DNA from: a virus
Direction: 5' to 3' (one strand)
Virus record (IMG/VR): IMGVR_UViG_3300022752_000018
Span: 96,001-160,000 of that record
Length of the DNA stretch: 64,000 bases
The notes under the pieces were generated by a model. It searched no databases and was not told the DNA's origin. It saw only the letters and a program-made list of their open reading frames with translations. Positions 58,428-64,000 of this stretch are shown here, one piece after another (positions within the stretch are counted from its first letter, which is position 1; each line of letters opens with the position of its first letter). The translations under genes and the position numbers were made by a program.

Positions 58428-58435
58428 TATAAATA
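58428..58435 (+). promoter_or_regulatory. Late promoter TATAAATA (a second ATAAATA lies at 58509-58515)
   Basis: Exact consensus just after the stop of the giant gene; second motif precedes SD AAGGA and ATG 58531. Confidence 0.5.
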
Positions 58436-58530
58436 ATTTAAGGTATTTGATTATAAACTTTTACAGGAAATTATTCAAAAAGTAAATTTTTATAATTGGA
58501 ATAGCGACATAAATATGAAAAGGAATTATT

Positions 58531-58839
58531 ATGACATATAAGTTTAAATATACAATTTTATCTATTAGTGAGAATGAAAAAACTTTCGAAGTTCAATACG
58601 AGAGTGAGGGACTTAAAACTTATCGTATGAGTTTAATGTGTCCTTATGAAGGACAGTCACTTGAAGAACTAATTAAGCTAAGTGCTCCTCTAACTTTATG
58701 GCAAATGGAAAATACACCTGTAATACTACCAGAAATCGGTCTTAGCGGTGAGTTTGACCCATCGGTAATTTCTGAACAAACAAATTCTAGTCAAAGTTTT
58801 GATGATGGGTCCATTGATATTCCTGTACAAGAGGTATAA
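58531..58839 (+). CDS. Small hypothetical protein, possibly tail-fibre associated
   Basis: 102-aa acidic ORF with a good SD, directly after the fibre gene. Confidence 0.55.
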   Translation: MTYKFKYTILSISENEKTFEVQYESEGLKTYRMSLMCPYEGQSLEELIKLSAPLTLWQMENTPVILPEIGLSGEFDPSVISEQTNSSQSFDDGSIDIPVQEV

Positions 58840-58841
58840 TT

Positions 58842-59324
58842 ATGAGCATAGATTATAAAATATTTAAGATGTTTGATTACTTAATTTTACGTGGAACTAT
58901 TCAAAAAGGAAATTTTTATAACTGGAACAGCGCACAAAATGGAGACTGCACATTTTATGTAGTGGGTGGTAAAGTAGATTTAACAGATGAAATTACTAAA
59001 GATAGTACTATATCATTGAAAGCAGGAGATTTCCATCCTGCATATAGTTGGACAGGTTTATTCACAGGCGATGTAATTGAAGACTTTGAAGTATGGAGTT
59101 GGCACCCTATTCATAATAATGATATTGTTATTGCACCTTTTGATGTGATTACAATGTCTGAACATGATACTCACACAATATTATTGGGTACTAACATATT
59201 TATTTGCAAAGGTATTGTATCTATAGGTGGACAAGATTTTGTAGGTCCTACTAAAGTTTCATTTAAAAGTGGTGATAAGGTAATCACAGCCAAAGAGAAT
59301 TCTTATATTTTAAAATTTAAATGA
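58842..59324 (+). CDS. Hypothetical protein (beta-rich, possibly cupin-like)
   Basis: 160-aa ORF, operonic spacing. Confidence 0.55.
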   Translation: MSIDYKIFKMFDYLILRGTIQKGNFYNWNSAQNGDCTFYVVGGKVDLTDEITKDSTISLKAGDFHPAYSWTGLFTGDVIEDFEVWSWHPIHNNDIVIAPFDVITMSEHDTHTILLGTNIFICKGIVSIGGQDFVGPTKVSFKSGDKVITAKENSYILKFK

Positions 59325-59890
59325 AACATGCTAAAAAAATTTTATTACCGTTTGACATTCAAGAATTAATAGGTGATATAGATTCTATTGATGATAGATA
59401 CACTGATTCTTTTGGTAAATTTAAAACTGAATATAAAATAAAGCGTAGATTTGTTCCTAAAAAAATTCAGTTGAAAATTCTGAAATCATTGCCTTATGAC
59501 CTACAAAAGGATTACCTTACATCCACAATTTCTGAAATTGGGTTGTTAGCTCCCCATGTACATATAACCGATAATTCTGTCATAAACTTCTACATTAAAA
59601 CCAATAAAGAAATAACTTATTTTTGGGATGGAGAAATAGTTCCAGATGATTATAACTCAATAGTACGTGATAACGGTAATGGTTATTGGACTTTGGCTAC
59701 AGATAAATTAACCATTTGTGAATCATTTACTGCTGATCCTGGAGAAATTTGGATATTAAATACTCAACAGCCTCATTCAGTGACTTTTGAAAATTTTGAC
59801 TTTTTAAGTGTTTTAGATACAAGATTAGTTATTCAAATGTTTTTTAAAACTCCATTTTTAAAAATTTCTTCTTATTTTAATCAAGGATAA
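59321..59890 (+). CDS. Hypothetical protein, possible 2OG-Fe(II)/cupin-fold oxygenase
   Basis: PHVH…INFY…WILNTQQPHSV pattern; ATGA coupling. Confidence 0.45.
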   Translation: MKHAKKILLPFDIQELIGDIDSIDDRYTDSFGKFKTEYKIKRRFVPKKIQLKILKSLPYDLQKDYLTSTISEIGLLAPHVHITDNSVINFYIKTNKEITYFWDGEIVPDDYNSIVRDNGNGYWTLATDKLTICESFTADPGEIWILNTQQPHSVTFENFDFLSVLDTRLVIQMFFKTPFLKISSYFNQG

Positions 59891-59901
59891 AGAAGTAAAT
59901 A

Positions 59902-60582
59902 ATGATACCAATTTTTATAGGTTATGATCCACGTGAAGCTATTGTATTTCATGTTTGTTCAAATAGTATAATACGTCATGCTAGTCAACCTGTTAGCATT
60001 AACCCTTTAGCCCTTAATTTATTTAAGGACTATGAAGAAACTCATAAAGATGGTAGTAATGCCTTTATCTATAGTAGATTTTTAGTTCCTTACCTATCAG
60101 AATTTAAAGGTCATGCTATCTATATGGATGGAGATATGATTGTAAAAGATGATATCGTAGAATTATGGAATCAAAGAGAAATAGGCTACGATATTCAAGT
60201 AGTCAAGCACGACTATAAAACTAAGATGCCTATAAAATACCTAGGCAGCAGAAATGAAGATTATCCTAGGAAAAACTGGAGTAGTGTAATAATTTGGAAT
60301 TGTTTTACAGCAGCAAATAGAATATTAACACCTGAATATGTTATGAAATCTACAGGAAGTCATCTTCATAGATTTGAATGGCTCAATGATGATATGATAG
60401 GTGAATTACCTAAAGAATGGAATTGGTTACCAGACGAATTAGGTCCAAATCTTCAAGCAAAACTTTTACACTATACATTAGGAGCTCCTTGCTTTAAGGA
60501 ATTCGCTAAAACAGAAATGGCAGATGATTGGACCGCTGAACACACTTTAGCTTTACATTGTCAACAAAAAGATCAACAATAA
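59902..60582 (+). CDS. Glycosyltransferase (GT-A fold, GT8-like)
   Basis: IFIGYDPRE, FIYSRFLVPYL, DGD, VVKHDY, PRKNWSS, LLHYTLG motifs. Confidence 0.8.
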   Translation: MIPIFIGYDPREAIVFHVCSNSIIRHASQPVSINPLALNLFKDYEETHKDGSNAFIYSRFLVPYLSEFKGHAIYMDGDMIVKDDIVELWNQREIGYDIQVVKHDYKTKMPIKYLGSRNEDYPRKNWSSVIIWNCFTAANRILTPEYVMKSTGSHLHRFEWLNDDMIGELPKEWNWLPDELGPNLQAKLLHYTLGAPCFKEFAKTEMADDWTAEHTLALHCQQKDQQ

Positions 60583-60651
60583 ATAGTTCATAAACTAATT
60601 AATTACAAAATAAAACGCCAAATTATTATGAATTTTTGGTGAAAATATAAC

Positions 60652-61479
60652 ATGAAAAAAATTACAGTAAAAAATATAACATTTAGCAATAATTTACCTA
60701 TAAAAGTCATTGCAGGCCCCTGTCAAATAGAAAGTAAGGAGCATGCCTATCAAATAGCCGCAGAATTACTGCTTATTTGTCGAAATTTAGGTATGGACTT
60801 GGTTTTTAAGAGTAGTTTTGATAAAGCTAACAGATCAAGCATAAATGGACAACGTGGTGTTGGTCCAAATATGGGTTTAGACATATTAAGCTATATAAAA
60901 TCTAAATTAGGTATACCTGTTCTCACAGATATCCATGAAAAAGAGCAGGCCAAGTTGGCATTGGCCAATGATATTGACATTATTCAGATTCCTGCCTTTC
61001 TTTGTCGTCAAACTGACCTATTATTGGCAGCAGGTGAGACTGGATTGGCCATTAACGTAAAGAAAGGTCAGTTCTTAGCACCACATGACATGAAAAATGT
61101 GGCAGAGAAGATAGCCAGCACTGGAAATGAACGTATTATGTTATGTGAGAGAGGATATACCCATGGATATAATAATTTGGTGGTGGACATGCGTAGTTTG
61201 CCTATTATGGCTGGGACTGAATACCCTGTTATATTTGATTGTACGCACAGCGTACAACAACCTGGAGGATTGGGTGCCTCTACTGGCGGGGATCGCAGGA
61301 TGGTCCCATATCTCGCCCGAGCAGCAGTAGCTACAGGTTGCTTATCTGCCGTATTCATCGAATGTCATGACGATCCAGACCATGCCCCCAGCGATGGCCC
61401 TAACATGATTAAGATGGAGGACATGCCCTACCTACTAAAAAGCTTAAAAGAAATAGACTATTTGGTCAAAAACAAATGA
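60652..61479 (+). CDS. kdsA: 3-deoxy-D-manno-octulosonate 8-phosphate (Kdo8P) synthase
   Basis: AGPCQIES, FKSSFDKANRSS, QIPAFLCRQTDLL, NVKKGQFLAP, CERG, FDCTHSVQQPGG, SDGPN. Confidence 0.95.
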   Translation: MKKITVKNITFSNNLPIKVIAGPCQIESKEHAYQIAAELLLICRNLGMDLVFKSSFDKANRSSINGQRGVGPNMGLDILSYIKSKLGIPVLTDIHEKEQAKLALANDIDIIQIPAFLCRQTDLLLAAGETGLAINVKKGQFLAPHDMKNVAEKIASTGNERIMLCERGYTHGYNNLVVDMRSLPIMAGTEYPVIFDCTHSVQQPGGLGASTGGDRRMVPYLARAAVATGCLSAVFIECHDDPDHAPSDGPNMIKMEDMPYLLKSLKEIDYLVKNK

Positions 61480-62390
61480 GAGTAGGTATTTTCTACTCCA
61501 GTATATCAAATATACACAAGGCTCTACACAAACAACACCTAATGGACAATTTTAAGCAGGGTGTAGTACTTTCAGGTGATGAAGCTATTGATTTTAAAAG
61601 TAGAACACAAGTTATACAAGGCTTAGATGCTGGCTTTGTATTAGGTTATACATTGGAAAACAATTATCGAAAAAAAATCATAGATACTTTAAAAATAATC
61701 AAGGCCAAGATCATATTTGTGGACAGTAACATATTCAGCTATGGTGATAATTATCATCAATACCATAGATACAGTGTAAACAGCATCTATCCCACTGATG
61801 GGGAATATTTTTTAGGTGAAAACTTTAGTCCTGACAAGTTAAACAGGATTCTAACCTACCATAGAATACGAATCAAGCCTTGGAGATCAACAGGTAACCA
61901 TATTTTACTATTAGGACAGAGAACCATGTCATGGAACATGCTTAATCGTAATGGTTTAGAGTGGATCATAGGTCAAGTGACTAGAATCAAACAACATACT
62001 GATAGAAAAATAGTCATTAGGCTGCATCCAGGTGATAAAACTTATGACTTAGAGAATAGAAGAAGATTATCCAGCATATTTTTTGGATCTAATGTAGTTG
62101 TCAGCAACAATCCTCATATCACACAGGATTTAACTGATGCTTGGTGTAGTGTTGGATATAATAGTACGTCTAATTGTGTCAGTGCTATTGAAGGTGTTCC
62201 TGTTTTTTTAGACGATCCCCTTAATAGTTGGGCTAGAGACGTATCATTTAGCAAGTTACACCTGATTGAAGATCCGCCTATGCCTGATCGAGAGAAATGG
62301 TTAGAAAAAATTGCTAATATACATTGGAATAATGATGAAATTATGACCGGAGTGTATTGGCGTCGTCTAAAATCATTTTATAAAATTTGA
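61476..62390 (+). CDS. Capsular-polysaccharide-synthesis-like (KpsS-like, GT-B type) protein
   Basis: IVIRLHPGD, VGYNSTS..VSAIEGVP motifs; paralogous to the ORF at 63199. Confidence 0.6.
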   Translation: MRVGIFYSSISNIHKALHKQHLMDNFKQGVVLSGDEAIDFKSRTQVIQGLDAGFVLGYTLENNYRKKIIDTLKIIKAKIIFVDSNIFSYGDNYHQYHRYSVNSIYPTDGEYFLGENFSPDKLNRILTYHRIRIKPWRSTGNHILLLGQRTMSWNMLNRNGLEWIIGQVTRIKQHTDRKIVIRLHPGDKTYDLENRRRLSSIFFGSNVVVSNNPHITQDLTDAWCSVGYNSTSNCVSAIEGVPVFLDDPLNSWARDVSFSKLHLIEDPPMPDREKWLEKIANIHWNNDEIMTGVYWRRLKSFYKI

Positions 62391-63181
62391 TATTTTTTTA
62401 TCTCATCTAAATAAATTTTAGTAAACTTTCTCGGGCCCTTGGCACACCATATATAACTATTTTTATTCATTTCAAAATCAACAAACTGCTTATTCAATGG
62501 GGTTTTCTTAAATTTTTGAATTACAATATCCAAAGTTTCTTGATCTAGAAACCAATAAAATGTATCCTTGTCAAATTCTTCATTAATCAACTTGGAATGC
62601 TGTTTAATCAATTCTAAACTACCTTCAGTACCGGTATAAAAAATGGTACTGGCAAGATGTTGGATATAAGGAACATGTTTCTTGTGAGTTTTTTCAAATA
62701 TGTGTATGTCAAAATTATTTTTAGGAAGCGCAAATTGTTTTCTTACTAAACTATCAGTATCTAGCATGATAACATAAGTTGGTTTAGACAAAATTTGGTC
62801 TAATCTTATAAATCTAGCACAGGCGTAATAAGTTCTTACTAATTCAGTGCGTATTTTTTCTACATCTTCTCCGAGCTTGATCATTTTACTACGTCTTCTA
62901 CTGTATTCTGATTCAATAGTGTCAAATTTATAAAAATCATATGCTTTTGAAATTAGATCTTCATTGAAAAATTCATATGTAACACTAATTCCTATTTTTT
63001 TACATAAGCCTAAAGTTTCCTCACTGGGATTATAAACATGACAGTGTATAGGATAAGAAAAATTAGCTCTTATACTACTGATCAAAGGTTTACCATAAAT
63101 ATTAAAGTACTTTTCGTCTGAAGCAATATAAAAAACAGTGTGGGTTGATTCAAACTGACCATGTAACTCAGGAATTTTCAT
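62378..63181 (-). CDS. Probable glycosyltransferase-like protein (DxD motif)
   Basis: YYACARFIRL, MLDTDSLVR, WFLDQETL. Start more likely ATG 63181 than the track start 63220, which would overlap the divergent gene. Confidence 0.55.
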   Translation of the reverse strand: MKIPELHGQFESTHTVFYIASDEKYFNIYGKPLISSIRANFSYPIHCHVYNPSEETLGLCKKIGISVTYEFFNEDLISKAYDFYKFDTIESEYSRRRSKMIKLGEDVEKIRTELVRTYYACARFIRLDQILSKPTYVIMLDTDSLVRKQFALPKNNFDIHIFEKTHKKHVPYIQHLASTIFYTGTEGSLELIKQHSKLINEEFDKDTFYWFLDQETLDIVIQKFKKTPLNKQFVDFEMNKNSYIWCAKGPRKFTKIYLDEIKKYQIL

Positions 63182-63198
63182 AGTAAGGTATTTAGTAC

Positions 63199-64000
63199 GT
63201 GCGTATAGCCTATTTTCCAAAACAAACTGCTCACCAAAGTGAACCTATATGGCAAGCTTTCCTAAACAGTTGTAAATATTTTGGTATATATCCAGTTGAA
63301 AATAGTTATGATGCGGATTGTGCTGTAATTTGGAGTGTTTTATGGCGTGGCCGTTTGCTTTCAAACAAAAAAGTTTATGAAATTTATAGAAGTTCAAACA
63401 AACCTGTGTTTATTTTAGAAGTCGGCAGTTTACATAGAGGATCTACTTGGAAGGTCAGCGTTAACAATATCACCAAAGATGGAATCTATGCTAACGAAGA
63501 AGATTTTATACCTAATAGATTTAAAAAATTAAATTTAAGTTTAACAGAGTATAAATCAAACCCAAATAGGCCCATACTGATAACAGGTCAACATGATCAA
63601 AGCTTACAATGGACCTATAATGGATCATGTATTGATTACATTTATGAAAAAATACAAGAAATAAGAACAATAAGCGACGTTCCTATAATTATTAGACCAC
63701 ATCCTAGAAACAAAATATTAAAAAATTTTGGAATTAATACAGAAATACAAATACCAATTATAATACCTAACACTTACGATCAATATGACTTGGATTTTAA
63801 TTATCGAGCTGTGATTAATTTTAATAGCGGTGTTGGTATACAGGCTGCTTTACATGGAGTTCCTATAGTATGTGATCAAAGTAGCTTGGCCAGTGAAGTC
63901 AGTGTAGAACTCAAAGACCTACATTCGATACCCAACATAGATAGGCATCATTGGTTTGAAAAAGTTCTACATTCTGAATGGACACTTGATGAAATAGATC
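63199..64000 (+). CDS. Second KpsS-like protein, running off the right edge (MRIAYFPKQ…)
   Basis: GTG start at 63199, open to the window end; IIIRPHPR and INFNSGVGIQAALHGVP motifs. Absent from the track because it has no stop in the window. Confidence 0.7.
   Translation, partial: MRIAYFPKQTAHQSEPIWQAFLNSCKYFGIYPVENSYDADCAVIWSVLWRGRLLSNKKVYEIYRSSNKPVFILEVGSLHRGSTWKVSVNNITKDGIYANEEDFIPNRFKKLNLSLTEYKSNPNRPILITGQHDQSLQWTYNGSCIDYIYEKIQEIRTISDVPIIIRPHPRNKILKNFGINTEIQIPIIIPNTYDQYDLDFNYRAVINFNSGVGIQAALHGVPIVCDQSSLASEVSVELKDLHSIPNIDRHHWFEKVLHSEWTLDEID

Noticed and set aside
1282-62390. Many 60-150 aa ORFs nested in or antisense to long genes (e.g. 1282, 1479, 5628, 7665, 12071, 27093, 44827, 48318, 52731, 61068)
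   Set aside because: Shadow ORFs of strongly biased coding strands; no recognisable motifs.

Overview
AT-rich 64-kb segment of a large T4-like (jumbo-type) contractile-tailed phage genome; no host genes, tRNAs or CRISPR arrays seen. Layout: a gp26/gp51-like baseplate-hub assembly pair (190-1250); a minus-strand block (orphan late gene, about 400 nt of GC-enriched, highly structured non-coding DNA, GIY-YIG nuclease, Hc1-like basic protein, gp46, gp47, gp55-like late sigma) under a near-consensus sigma70 promoter; a roughly 51-kb plus-strand baseplate/tail-fibre module (gp48/54-, gp53-, gp27-, gp5-, gp25-, gp6- and giant gp7-like genes, a collagen-like fibre, an intact S8 subtilase, three fibres with a shared N-terminal domain, and two very large Ig/FN3 repeat proteins); and a surface-glycan cluster (kdsA plus several glycosyltransferase-like genes). 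ATAAATA/TATAAATA late-promoter motifs precede many late genes. Best leads: (1) a putative large structured RNA starting right after the GIY-YIG stop codon; (2) a candidate -1 programmed frameshift joining the gp26-like and gp51-like ORFs; (3) a DUF1566/Lcl-like domain apparently split between two adjacent giant adhesin genes; (4) a Kdo/glycosyltransferase cluster next to Ser/Thr-rich fibres; (5) an early promoter for the late sigma gene that abuts a late promoter. All family assignments come from recalled motifs, not database searches.
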